Positions 52,284 through 64,000 of a stretch of 64,000 nucleotides of DNA are shown in pieces. The translations under genes and the position numbers were made by a program. Position 1 is the first letter of the stretch, and each line of letters begins with the position of its first letter. The notes beneath the pieces were generated by a model. It saw only the letters and a program-made list of their open reading frames with translations. It had not been told where the DNA came from and did not search any database. Source of the DNA: the human T2T-CHM13v2.0 reference genome, Homo sapiens; the NCBI RefSeq assembly GCF_009914755.1, contig NC_060934.1. One strand, given 5' to 3'.

Positions 52284-52436
52284 TTTTTTTTGTCGTTGTT
52301 TTTTGTTTTTGAGATGGAGTCTCACTCTGTTGCCCGGGCTGGAATGCAGTGGTGCTCACTGCAACCTCCACCTCCTGGGTTCAACTGATTTTCCTGCCTC
52401 AGCCTCTTGAGTAGCTGGGACTACAGGCACCCGCCA
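52284..52436 (-). mobile_element. 5'-truncated Alu (right arm) inside L1MA
   Basis: ttgagatggagtctcactctgttgcc...gggactacaggcacccgcca; L1 resumes at ctcttatacactattggtgggaatg. Confidence 0.9.
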
Positions 52437-53738
52437 CTCTTATACACTATTGGTGGGAATGTAAATTAGTTCAGCTATTATGGAAATCACTATGGAGAGT
52501 TCTCAAAGCTAAAAATTGAACTATCATATGATCCAACAATTTCACAACTGGATATTTACCCAAAAGAATATAAATCAGTATATCAAAGGGATACTTGTTC
52601 CCTCATGTTTATTGTAGCACTATTCACAATAGCTAAGATATTGAATCAACCTAAGTGTTCATCCACAGACAAATGAATAAAGAAAATATGGTATATATAC
52701 ATAATGGAATACTATTCAGTCATAAAAAGTTGAAATCCTGCCATTCGTTGCAACCTGAATAAGACTAGAGGATATTTATGTTAAGTAAAATAAGTCCGGC
52801 ATAGAAAGATAAATTCCACGTTCTCACTCATATGTGGAAGTTAAAAAAAAATTGGAGGTAATGGAACCAGAGAGTAGAAAAGTGGCTATTAGAAACTGGG
52901 AAGGATAGTTGGGAGGGATGGTTGGTATGGGATACGAAATTACAGCTAAATAGGTGAAATGAGTTTCTGTGTTCTGCAGCACTGTAGAATGAATATGATT
53001 AACAGTAATTTATTGCTTATTTTCAAAAGAGAAGAAGAGAGGATTTTGAATATTCTCAACACAAAGAAATGATAAATTTTTGAGGTGATGGATATGCTAA
53101 TTACCCTGATTTGATCTTTACATATTATATACATATATGGCAATATTACTGTGTATCTTACTGTTGTCATCTTTAGTTTACAATTATTACATAACTAAAA
53201 ATAAAGGGAAAAAAATTCTGGAACAGTTGTCAGTTTTACAATAGTGAAACTTCAAATTCATGAACATGATATTTCATTTTTCTTGGTCTTTGACTGTATC
53301 TCTCCAAAGTTTTATGAGTCTTTCACCTTGTTTTTATACATATTTTGTTAAACTACTCCTACTATATATATATTTTGAGACTAATTCACTCTTTAAAATT
53401 TTCATGTTCTAGTTGTTGATAGAAATAAATGCAATTGTTTTATATTCATTTGGTTTGATATATATTTCTGTGGAGATATCCTTTATTATTTATTATAAGA
53501 ATATTTTGTTGTTCTCACTCAGCACAGTTATAATAGCTGTTTTATAGTCTTTATCTGATACTTTTTAACACCTGGGTTACTTTGAGGCCGGCATCTGCTG
53601 ACTGATTTTCTCTTGAGATTATGTTACATTTTATTCGCTCTTCAAGTGATTTTGTTGTATACAATTGACATTGTGAATGTTGTTGTGGAGATTCTGGATT
53701 TTGTTACATTGCTGTGAAAACTTAAATGTTTTAGCAGA

Positions 53739-54127
53739 CGTTATAGACTGAACTGCTCCTCCACTCCCAATTTATATGTTGAAGTCCCAACTGTCCCCAC
53801 ATCACAATGTGATTCTATTTGGAGATGGAGTCTTTAAAGAGGGAATTCAGTCAAAATGAGGTCTTCATGGTGTGCCATTATCCATTATAATTTATGCCTT
53901 TATAAGAATAGAAAATTTAGACATAGACATAAACAGGAAAGACCAGGTGAAGATACAGGGAGAAGATGGCTATTTACAAACCGTGGAGAGAGGCCTCAGA
54001 AGATACTCATCCTTTTAACATCTTGATCTCAGACTTCTGGCTTCTAGAATTGTGAGAAAGTAAATTTCTATTATTTGAGCCACCCAGTCTGTGAAACTTT
54101 GTTATGGTAGCCTTAACAAATCATACA
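53739..54127 (+). mobile_element. MaLR solo LTR (MLT1A/B-like) inserted in an old L1ME/HAL1-like fragment (about 53490-54640)
   Basis: gttatagactgaa...tatttggagatggagtctttaaagag...gccacccagtctgtg...ctttgttatggtagcc...ataca; TSD gcaga/gcata. Confidence 0.88.
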
Positions 54128-55033
54128 GCATATAATTAACTTGGCTAGATTCAAAATGCAAATGATCATGCCTTTGGTGGGTAGTAGCTCAGATCTCAAT
54201 TCAATTCTTTAAACCTGAGTTGTTAAGAGGCTTTCAGGTTATGTGCATGAACAAGTGTTTGAGAGGTCAGCCAGGCATCTTAACAGTTTAAACATAAAAT
54301 TTTGGGTTATATTTCTGTGAATTTCTCTCTTCTAGGGTATGTCCCTCACTCTCTGGTGGTCCTGGGTCCCCTAGGTTTCTTTTCCTGGTTACTCTGATTA
54401 GGAACATGGTGAGCTTTCCATTGGGGTTTTAGCTACCCTAAAGGAAAAACCACATGAAAAATTGGAACCAATTTATGCTAATCACTTGCTCCAATTTTTG
54501 ATTCTTTCCAAACTGCCTCTTTTTTAATCTCTAGAGGCTTCCTGTAGTTGGTTTTTGTATTTTGCTCTAAGTTCATAGCTGTTATTTGCAAGATCATCAA
54601 TTTGTTAGGCCCTCTTTTCTTCATACTGGAATTGAGACTTGCATTGGGTTTTGAATATTAATTTTGAATCTAATTGTCTTTCTAAATTCTCTTACTAATC
54701 TCAGATAATTTATCTCTAAATTTAATTTGTTTTTTTGTCCCTTTAGAAAAAATAGGAGGTAGAAGCTTATTAATGTTCAAGTTTCAGATAGTAAGGATGT
54801 TTTGCTTATAATGCACATAACTGATCAAAAATAATTTTGTATTAGCTTATGTGATTTTGCCAAAGGAATGTTCTAATGTATTCAATTTGTTTTCTTAATC
54901 AAGATCATGTAGTTTAGCCAATGGTATGCAGGTGCTTAAACTTTCATATGGGTCTTAGGAGAATGCCAATAAAAAATATTGCTTCATATTTTTTATTTAA
55001 CAGCCTTAGGAGAAAAAGACCAGTGAGGTGTGA

Positions 55034-55042
55034 TGTGTGTGA

Positions 55043-55080
<38 letters not shown>
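55034..55080 (+). repeat. (TG)n microsatellite
   Basis: Pure GT run at 55047-55080 with an imperfect 5' extension. Confidence 0.95.
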
Positions 55081-55082
<2 letters not shown>

Positions 55083-55181
55083 CAGTGGCTAATATTAAGT
55101 CCTGATCACCAAAGAGCTTTATGTTTTGGTATTATTTCCATTCCATTTGGATAATTTTCTGAGACCCAACACTATTTCTTT

Positions 55182-55367
55182 TTTAAACATTTATTTATTC
55201 ATTTGTTTACTTATTTATTTAGAGACAAGTCTCACTTTATCACCCAGGCTGGAGTGCAGTGGAGTGATCATTTCTCACTGTAGCCTCAAACTCCTGGACT
55301 CAAGCAATCCTCCTGCCTCAGTCTCCTGAGTAGCCGGGACTACAGGCACTTGTCACCATGCCTGGCT
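55182..55367 (-). mobile_element. Alu monomer (FRAM-like)
   Basis: Single antisense arm; TSD aacactatttcttt / aacattatttcttt (55168-55181 and 55370-55383). Confidence 0.9.
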
Positions 55368-57559
55368 CTAACATTATTTCTTTACTTTCCTTAGGTCTGT
55401 AATAAAGCCCTCACCGTGGCATCCTAGGTCAGGAGAACCATTTATCAACACATGCTTTAAAAACATATCAATCCTGAGGAACAACACTGACAGGTTTATA
55501 TACCGCTACTCTGGAGATACAAAGAGTGCAAAAGGTATCAGGGCTGATAGTCTTCTCAAGCCCTCTCTGCTCTCTCAGCTAGCTAAGATTATTATAAATT
55601 CAGTATTAGGAAAGTGGTTTTGGCCACTATAGAAAAGAGTGATGAAGAAGGGTTATTCTCTACCTAAGGGCAGATAATTATCAATATTTGTATCATGTAC
55701 ATAAGATTTAAGACAAGCAGAAAAAGTCAAGCTGCATTGGTTATGGTACCAAGAGCAATCTCAAGGGTGCTGTTGTTGCTTTGGCAGTGGCTGCTCTAAT
55801 CAGTGAATCCTTTTATCATGGGCACCTCAAGGTTGGATGCTTTTGGAACTGCAGTAAAAATCTTATCTAAGCCTCTTACCTAGGAAGACTTCAAGGGGAA
55901 AGGTGTTCTTTTCATCTACCCAGAAGCCTTTGGAGTCTATCCTTTGGAGAAATATCTGATGTTTAATGGAGATATATATCCTAGGTTCCTCACTGAGTAA
56001 GATCTAAGAGCAAAAAATCTCAGTTTAAGAAGGAAACCCCTTTGAAATTAAAATTTTCATCTTCAATTAGAATACAAACTTCATGGAGGAGAGGATTTTC
56101 TATTTGTTCACTGTTGTATTTCCAGTGTTCACAGCAAATATTGGTTGTATAAATTTGAACAAATCTGCCACATCGTTTACAGTTGTCTAGCATTTACAAG
56201 TGTTTGAACCAGATACTAGGCCCAACTCCGCTGTTGGAGTCATGTAGTTCCCCAGACTGAATTTCAAAGCAGTCACAGTGACCTTGAGTAGACATCACTC
56301 AAGAGTGGGCACATCAATAGAGCCAGATGGGAACATGGGTCAGAAACTAGTCAAAGAGGCCTGACAAAAGATTTGGTAATAGAAAGAAAATGTATTTGCT
56401 AATTTTTATTGTCCTCATTTTCTGATCCAGTTAAATTGATAACTTCATTACAGCAAACCCATGGCCTCTGACTCTAGCACTTATAATGAGAAATAGAAAA
56501 AAAATGTTCATCATTCGCCCCCCAGCAAGTCAGTCCAAATCATTAAACTAGAGTTCATATAGCAGAGGTTGCCAATATGGGGGAAAGAGACAGGATTTAC
56601 ACTCAGAGAAAAAGTCTACTGAGAGGCAAAGAATGAATACTTTGATTTTTTAAATTTATCTTTTATTTTTAAAAAGTGCTTTAAACTGCATATATAGTAT
56701 GAGAATAATTAGCAATTTAAAGATTCCAATTATACAGATATATACCAAAGAAAGTGTGAGTTTTTATACTTCTAGGCCATTCTTATTTTTGTTGAGCTGA
56801 GGACGATGCTCAGTGTATGGACTGAGTCACAGCAGGAACTGGGAGACTTTTGCTTCCATTTCTCATCTTCCAAAGCACAGTCACCAACCCAGCCAATCAG
56901 AGTCAGTTGGCTTTAAATGGAACATGCCAGGGAATCACTTCAGTTATTTGTTGAAAGAAAAAAGAAAAGGTGAGATCTGCCAGATGCAGATTTAGGGAGG
57001 GAACTCAAGACAAGGGCTATGACCAGCAGTTTTACCAGTGCCAGTCGCACACTTTAAATCTACTTTCTTGGGCCCACAGAAGGATGCACCATCTGATACC
57101 TAGCTATGGGTTTTAACAAATTATACCTGCTAAGTTCAGTTCCTTCTAGTGCACTACCACAATGTAAATGCAATGGGCCCTAAAATCATTTACTCTTTAA
57201 ACATGTATTTTATATTTTGATATGTGAACAAAGTTCAGTTACCTAATGCTGGTAACAGCTCACCTGTGAGTTTACCACGCAAACATGGTGCATTAAAGTA
57301 GGGTAGTTTCCCAGAATTAAAAGGCCTCATTGAATCTCTATTTTCTGCCAAATCTAAAATTCTTTGCTTGATTTCAATACCTTCTATTATCTGGCTCCTT
57401 GTCCACCCTCATGTCGACTATTTCCTCTAGTTTGATGGTCATTTTCTAACTATCCTAGGAATATGCTAAGATCAGTCCTTTTCCCTCTGTCTCTTTCCCC
57501 CAAAATTCTGTCACCTTCCCCCGATCTGCTTGAACCCAACATTTCCTCCTACATATATC

Positions 57560-57860
57560 TATACTATGGCATATCTTATAGAAAGATTTAAAAATGGGAT
57601 GCAGCTATGCGTCCTGGTGAGGAAACATGATAAAGGCATACCATGAATAAAAAGAGAATTGTAGTAGAGGTAAAATATGGTATGTATACATTGTAAGGAA
57701 AAAAGGCAGAAGAGTAGAAACCATATTTTTAACAGTAGTTATTTCTGAAGCATGTGATCTTGAGGACAAAGTTTACCTTTCCTTGTATTTATGTATTTCT
57801 TGAATCTTTAAGTTGTATCTATTACTTTTGTGATCAAAATAAATGCTTGTTAAAAAATAA
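57560..57860 (+). mobile_element. Old L1ME-like 3' remnant within L2-like sequence
   Basis: tatggtatgtataca...ttaacagtagttatttctg...tattacttttgtgatcaaaataaa. Confidence 0.45.
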
Positions 57861-60537
57861 CTCAAAAATTGCATTTTCTTCACAAATATTTCCTTGAGAA
57901 CTATAATCCTTTTTGACAGACTTCTTCTAAAATCCTATTGAACTTGTACTGTATACCTCTAAGATTCTGTATAAAGTCTTCTATTAGTTATTTTATTTGT
58001 GTGTAGGTCTTGGCTCCTTCCTTCAAGTTGCACACAGTCTAACTTGGAACAGATTCATGATAATTCTAAAGTTCTTAGAGATTGATTAAACACATTGCAG
58101 AATCTCAGAAAAATACATAATGATTGATTTAATCACAGAGAGAATACCATTGGACTGTAGATGTAAAAATCAACATGTATTTGTTCTGACTTCTTAGCTG
58201 GCATTGGAGGGACATTCTTTAAGTGGAGGGACAGTAATGAGGCATCACAGAAGACTAAGAAGTGAGGAGAAGTGAGAGGGAATGGAAAGGATATATAGTC
58301 TCTGAGCTCTTGCTTGGCAAATATGAGTTTTCTATTGGGAGTAGGGTTACTGGCACATGGCATTTTTAATTATCACAACACCATTGAGGCAGATGGAGCA
58401 GAGAAAGTGTTTTGTGTTAGTAGATATCTTTCTAACCTCCACTGTGGCTGGGAAGGAATGAGAAAGAAAATCTGTCTTGAGGAAAGGCCTCACATCCTCA
58501 GGCAATGCCCACTCATAAGCTCATTGACCTTTTAAGTCTGTAGACTTCCTTGCTTCATCTGAAATATATATGCTTATTAACAAATTCCTATCCCTCTCTC
58601 CCAGTCCTTTCATCCTGCCTGGCTAATGTGAGATCCAGTCTAGCTAGGGTCTGTAACTTCTGAGTTTATAGTCCATGGGCTACTTCCACCCCAAAATTCA
58701 CTCATAGTAATTCTTTTTTCTGAAGCCAGTGACCTCAGAACCTGAGTGAAAACCAGCATTATAGTATACCAGAAACAAGCAAAGGTTTGTATAGACTTGT
58801 AATTTTGTACACAATTTGTAGGAGAATAGATATTGAGTAAGGATATGAGAGAATCTGAGGTCACGGTTAAAAAGTCAGCTCAAGGACAGGCTATGTTGGA
58901 AGCCTCGACTCCCTCTAAAGTTTTACGCATTGAAAGAGAGGAGGTGGTTATTTTAACACCTAGGTCAGGTAGACTTCCTCCTGACATAATTGCTATTAAT
59001 CAGAAACAATCATCACTTGTCCTGTGCTCTTAGAAGTCTTATTCCCCCAGGAAGTTGGACAATACATTTTTTCTCAAAGACTCATAGTGAAAACTTCCTT
59101 TTCATAAAATCCCGGAGACTCCATTAACATAGGTGGTCCTGTCTCAAAAGTCAAAGATCCTCTTCGTTTTTTTGCTTGTTCCTTTTATATTGCTCCTTAT
59201 ACACTGGATTTTTTGTGGTAAAACTTGATCTTCCAAGCTCCTGCAAGTTCTGAGTCCTCCCACTTGGATATCTCTCATTTAGGCCCATTGAACCATCATT
59301 GAATTGTGTGAGTGGGTTAAGGGTCCTCAGCTCAGCAAAATATGTTGGGCAAGGGTCTGACATACCTTTTCCCCCCATTATTTCTTTGAGAGAATATCAG
59401 ACCACTCTCTTCCCTCTTCCCACAGTAATGGTTCTGTTTGGCATAGAGACCTTTAAACACTCGGATGTGGGAGGGAAATAGAGAATAAATAACTTGAGAA
59501 TTATCCTGTATAGGCAAGGATCAGAAAAAAAAATATTTGTAGCTGGGTAGGAGTTTGGGGGTTTCTTGATTGCACTCATGCTTTAAAAGGCTGAACTGTC
59601 AGTATGGATGAGCAGGACTGAGAAAATCAAAAGTATTGCAAAAGGCATGAATGAGCAAGTAACAGAATACCTAAGGAGGCTTCAGAATTCCCTTTTAGTT
59701 TCCTATTAGCCATTTTCATATGTTTCAAGCCACTCTCGATCAACCTTGTATGTCTGTTTGGCCAGTGTATCAGATGAGTTAGTATTTGTAAGTCTGCTGT
59801 CAGTTGCAAAGTCTCTTGTCAAAGGAATGCAGGGATGGAGGCTGCTATTTGATGAATGGTTTCACTCATCTTCAGCCTGGTTTATTGGTTCATGATTTGA
59901 TCTGCAGACCCACAATTAGTTTAAGAAAAGATTAATCATTGCTATGTAGAAACCTAGTTTCAGACTGATAATACCCTTCTCTTATAGTTTTGAAACTGTA
60001 GGGAACTTCAAAAAATGACATGGAATATTTCTTCAGTGTTTGCCTCTTGAGCTGGGTGTCTTGAGATATTTTATATAATTGATCATATTTTCAAGCAAAA
60101 AAATAAATTCAACTTTTTCTGTTTGAGCTTCTTTTCAAGTGAATCACAACTGACAGTATTGTCAGTTATCTCACTTTTCACTGTGGATTTTACTTTTTTA
60201 GATCTTGCCACTTTTTAGAAAGTATTTGAATTTTTTGACATATACTAGTTTTACTAGCAGATTTTTATCTTTTTTTTTTTTAAATCACCATTCCCTGTCT
60301 CATTTGCTCCTTGTTACCTCCTGTGCTTAACATTGTCTTTTTGTTGTTTCTTTCTGCATCTTGGATAATTGAATCTCATTATCTCTAGGACTTGCATTTT
60401 CCCTCAATTTTTTTGAGAAAAAAATAATAATTTAGGTAAGGTAAGGCCATCATTTTGGATCAAATACAAAACATTTCTTTGAAAGACAAAACTAACTACC
60501 TTTAAAAGCTAGCCTTAAAAACTTCAAATTGGAATGC

Positions 60538-61585
60538 TGTTGCCGGAAGTCAGGGACACTGAATGGAGGGACTGGCTGGAGCCACAGCAGAGGAACATAA
60601 ATTGTAAAGATTTCATTTTAATATGGACACATATCAGTTCCCAAAATTAATAGTTTTATAATTTCTTATGCCTGTCTTTACTGCAATCTCTGAACATAAA
60701 TTGTGAAGATTTCATGGACATTTATCAGCTCCCAAATAATACTCTTATAATTTCTTACGCCTCTCTTACTTTAATCTCGTAATCCTCTTATCTTCTTAAG
60801 CTGAGGATGTACGTCACCTCATGACCACTATAATTGTGTTAACTATACAAATTGATTATAAAACGTGTGTTTGAACAATGTGAAATCAGTGCACCTTGAA
60901 AAAGAACAGAATAACAGCGATTTTCAGGGAACAAGGGAAGACAATCATAGGGTCTGACTGCCTGGGGGTTGGGCAGAATAGAGCCACATTTTTCTTCTTT
61001 TAGAGAGCTTATAAATGGACGTGCAAGTAGGCAAGATACCACTAAATTCTTTTCCTGTCAAGAAATATTAATAATTAATACCCTGGTGAAGGAATGCATT
61101 CCTGGGGGGAGGTCTATAAATGGCCGCTGGTGAATTTGAGGTCAGACCGGTTCTCTGCTCTCAAACCCTGTTTTCTGTTGTTTAAGATGTTTATCAAGAC
61201 AATACATGCACAGCTGAACATAGACCCTTATCAGGAGTTTTTGATTTCGCCCTTTGCCTTGTGATCTTTGCTTTGCCCTTTGCCTTGTGATCTTTATTGG
61301 CCTCAGAAGCATGTGATCTTTGTTCTCCTTTTTGCCCTTTGAAGCATGTGATCTTTGTGACCTACTCCCTGTTCGTACACCCCCTCCCCTTTTGAAGTCC
61401 TTAATAAAAACCTGCTGGTTTTGTGGCTCAGGTAGGCATCACAGTCCTACCGATATGTGATGTCACCCCTGGAGGCCCAGCTGTAAAATTCCTCTCTTTG
61501 TACTCTTTCTCTTTCTCAGCCGGCTGACACTTAGGGAAAATAGAAAGAACCTACATTGAAATATTGGGGGCGGGTTCCCCCAGTA
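60538..61585 (+). mobile_element. MER11 (HERV-K11/HML-8) solo LTR
   Basis: tgttgccggaagtcagggac...gggggcgggttcccccagta; 6-bp TSD gaatgc/gaattc; TATAAA at 61115; AATAAA near 61403; internal U3 duplication and tgtgatcttt repeats. Confidence 0.95.
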
Positions 61586-61799
61586 GAATTCCTGGTTTAA
61601 AGGTGAGGTTATTTTTATTGTACAACTTTGGCCTAGTCTTAGAGTATTTAATAATAAAATTAACATCTGTGGAAACCTGAGATTTAGGGTAGTGTTATCA
61701 CAAAACTCTGATGTTATTGAATAAAAATGCAAATTGGATTTTTTGAAGTTTTTTTAAAGTTGTTATTTTCCCATTCAATTTTATTAGCTTTCAGCTTCA

Positions 61800-62898
61800 A
61801 TCTCTAATTCAGCCTCTAGATTGGGGGTCATAAGGATCTTTAAGGCTACTTACACAGGTTTTCTATGAAAAGGATTGTCAACACTATGGAAGAGAACCCT
61901 GAAAGAGAGAACCTCCTGAAAGTCTGGAAGGATTACATCATTGAAAATACCATTGTTGTTATAGAAAAAGCCATGAAAGCCATTAAGCCTGGAACGATAA
62001 ATTCATACTGGAGAAAACTGTGTCCAAATGTGCATGAATTCACAGGATTTATGACAGAGTTAATCAAGGGAATAATGGAAAAGGTTGTGAATATGGGCAA
62101 AAAGATAGGTTGTGAAGTGCATCAAGATGTAGATCTTGAAGCAATTCAAGAGCTAATAGACATCATGCCAGAGGAGTTAACAGAGGATAATGATGAAAAT
62201 GATTGCTTCCAAATCAGTGCTAGATGATAAGGAAGAAGACATAAAAGAAGCAGTGCTAGAAAACAAATTGACATTAGACAGTTTGGCAAAAGAGTTCTGA
62301 TTATTCAAGACTGCTTCTGATTTCTTTCATGACATGGTCTTTTCTATGATACAGGCACTGAAACTAAAGCAAATGGTAGAAGAAGGATTGGTACCATATA
62401 GAAACATTTTTAGGTAAATGAAAAAGCAAAAAAGTCAGACAGAAATTATCATTTATTTCTGTAAAGTTACACCAAGTGTGCCTGCTTCTCCTGCCTCCTC
62501 TTCCACCTCTTACCCTTCTTATGCTTCTGCTACCCCTAAAACAGCAAGGCCAACTCCTCCTTTCCTTCCTTCTCCTCAGCCTACTCAGGGTGAAGAGGAT
62601 GAGGATGAAGACCTTTATAATAATTCACTTCCACTTAATGAATAGCACATGTATTTTCTCTTTTTTATGATTTTCTTAATAACATTTTCTTTTTTCTAGC
62701 TTACTTTACTATAAGAATACAGTGTATACTATAAGAATAACAAGTACATGTAATGTACAAAATACTTGTTCATGCTATTGGTAAGACTTCTGGTGACTAG
62801 TAGGGTGTTAGTAGTTAAGTTTTGGGTTAAAAGTTGTATGTGGATTTGACTACATGAGAGGTCGGTGTCCCAATCCCCTACATGTTCAAGGGTCACTG
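61800..62898 (+). mobile_element. Tigger2 DNA transposon, 3' portion
   Basis: Transposase homology plus right terminus tgttcaagggtcactg|ta. Confidence 0.88.
61865..62227 (+). pseudogene. Tigger2 (pogo-family) transposase C-terminal remnant
   Basis: IVNTMEENPERENLLKVWKDYIIE...AMKAIKPGTINSYWRKLCP...DVDLEAIQELID...EELTED; N-terminus absent, frameshifted downstream. Confidence 0.85.
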
Positions 62899-62899
62899 T

Positions 62900-63810
62900 A
62901 TTACTTTGTGTGAGTCTCCCACAACATATTTACTCATTCTCCTATTGATGTACAGTCGGATTGACTCTGGTTAAGGGGTTTTGTAAGTAGTATTGTTGTG
63001 AACATTCTTGTTCATGTCTTTTGTTGGACATATGCACTTACATATTAGGAGTGGAATTGCTAAGCAATAGGCTATTTTCCAAATATACAATCTCATAAGC
63101 TAGGTATGAGAGCTGTATTTGCTTCACAGCCTTTCTATTATAACACTAGGTCTTTTTAGTATTCATAATGTTAGCCATAATGGTATGGATGTGTGTGTAG
63201 TTAGTTGTATTTTGTTGTGATTCTTATTTTCATTTCCCTGATGACTAATATATTTTCCAGATAAAATATATATATTGTTCATGTGCATAATCATTTTTTC
63301 ATGGGTGCTTATTCACGTATTTTAACCATTTTATTGGATTTTTTTGATTTGTAAATTTATTCATATATTCTAAATATAACACTATTAGAATATGTGTATT
63401 GAAAACATTATCTACCACTATGCAGTTTGTATTTTCAGTCTTTTTGGTCTTTTTGATGAATAAAGTTCTTATTTTAATGTGTCTAAGTTTATTAATGTAT
63501 ACATTTGTGGTTCGTGCTCTTTGTGTTCTGTTCAAGAGACAGTAACCTAACTCAAATTATGAAGATATTCTTTTATAAGTTTTACATTTGTATCTATATA
63601 CATATAAATCTAGTTGATTTTTATAATAGTGTGATTAGAGGGCCAAATTTCATTTTGTCCACTTAGATATCCAGTTGACCAAGTATTATATTTCACTGCT
63701 CTTTAGTATCAGCTTAAAGGGACCACGTATACTGTTGGCCTATTTCTAACCTCTAATTTGTTACATTGGTTTATTTGTATTTCCTTGGGCCAATGCAACA
63801 CTGAAAAACA
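62900..63810 (-). mobile_element. Old L1 (L1ME-like) antisense fragment
   Basis: ttgtgaacattcttgttcatgtctttt...taggagtggaattgct...catttccctgatgactaat. Confidence 0.65.
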
Positions 63811-63845
63811 TTTACATTTCAAGCTATACTTGCTATACTTGCAGT

Positions 63846-64000
63846 TTCTTTTCCTTTCTATTTTTTGAGAGGAAGTCTTGCTCTGTTGCCCAGGTCATAG
63901 TGCAGTGGTGCAATCTTGGCTCACTGCAACCCCCACCTCCAGGTTCAAGGGATTCTCGTGCCTCAGCCTCCCGAGTAGCTGGGATTACAGGCATGCGCCA
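63846..64000 (-). mobile_element. Alu (AluS-type), cut by the window end
   Basis: gtcttgctctgttgcccagg...ggctcactgcaacc...gtagctgggattacaggcatgcgcca. Confidence 0.92.

Larger units (their letters stand above)
42860..53216 (+). mobile_element. Near full-length decayed L1MA (5' UTR, ORF1 about 44140-45130, ORF2 from about 45290, 3' UTR), interrupted by an L1PA and an Alu arm
   Basis: GC-rich repeat-containing 5' UTR, ORF1/ORF2 homology (e.g. ORF 51853-52053, [18 protein letters not shown]), L1MA-type 3' UTR gaggtgatggatatgctaattaccctgatttgatc; many stops and frameshifts. Confidence 0.9.

Noticed and set aside
60149-60168. 8-bp stem hairpin aactgaca-gtat-tgtcagtt
   Set aside because: Stems this short are expected by chance in 64 kb
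61865-62645. Possible domesticated TIGD-like transposase gene
   Set aside because: 5'-truncated, frameshifted and still attached to the Tigger2 terminal repeat; a fossil

Overview
AT-rich human or great-ape genomic DNA (it carries AluY, LTR12C, L1PA, LTR10 and MER11). It is dominated by transposable-element remnants, and I cannot identify any intact protein-coding gene or RNA gene. The only ORFs with recognisable products are decayed L1 ORF1/ORF2 pieces and a Tigger2 transposase C-terminus. Main landmarks: three solo ERV LTRs with target-site duplications (TSDs), namely a CpG-rich LTR12C (15947-17195), an LTR10 with a 28-bp AP-1 tandem array that is interrupted by an L1PA 3' end (24206-25106), and a MER11 (60538-61585); a ~14-kb nested L1 stack (40240-54640) containing an internally deleted L1PA with both termini; a near-perfect 55-bp inverted repeat (8722-8914); an old local duplication in which both copies keep a (CA)n tract (about 18915-19283 and 20240-20632); and a few + strand splice-site-bounded candidate exons (376-407, acceptors near 2810-2894, 39000-39060). 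I found no convincing new biological system. The best leads are the hairpin, the duplication, the LTR10/LTR12C regulatory pair and the candidate exons. Repeat subfamily names are from recalled consensus sequences, not from a RepeatMasker run, and boundaries of old repeats are approximate.
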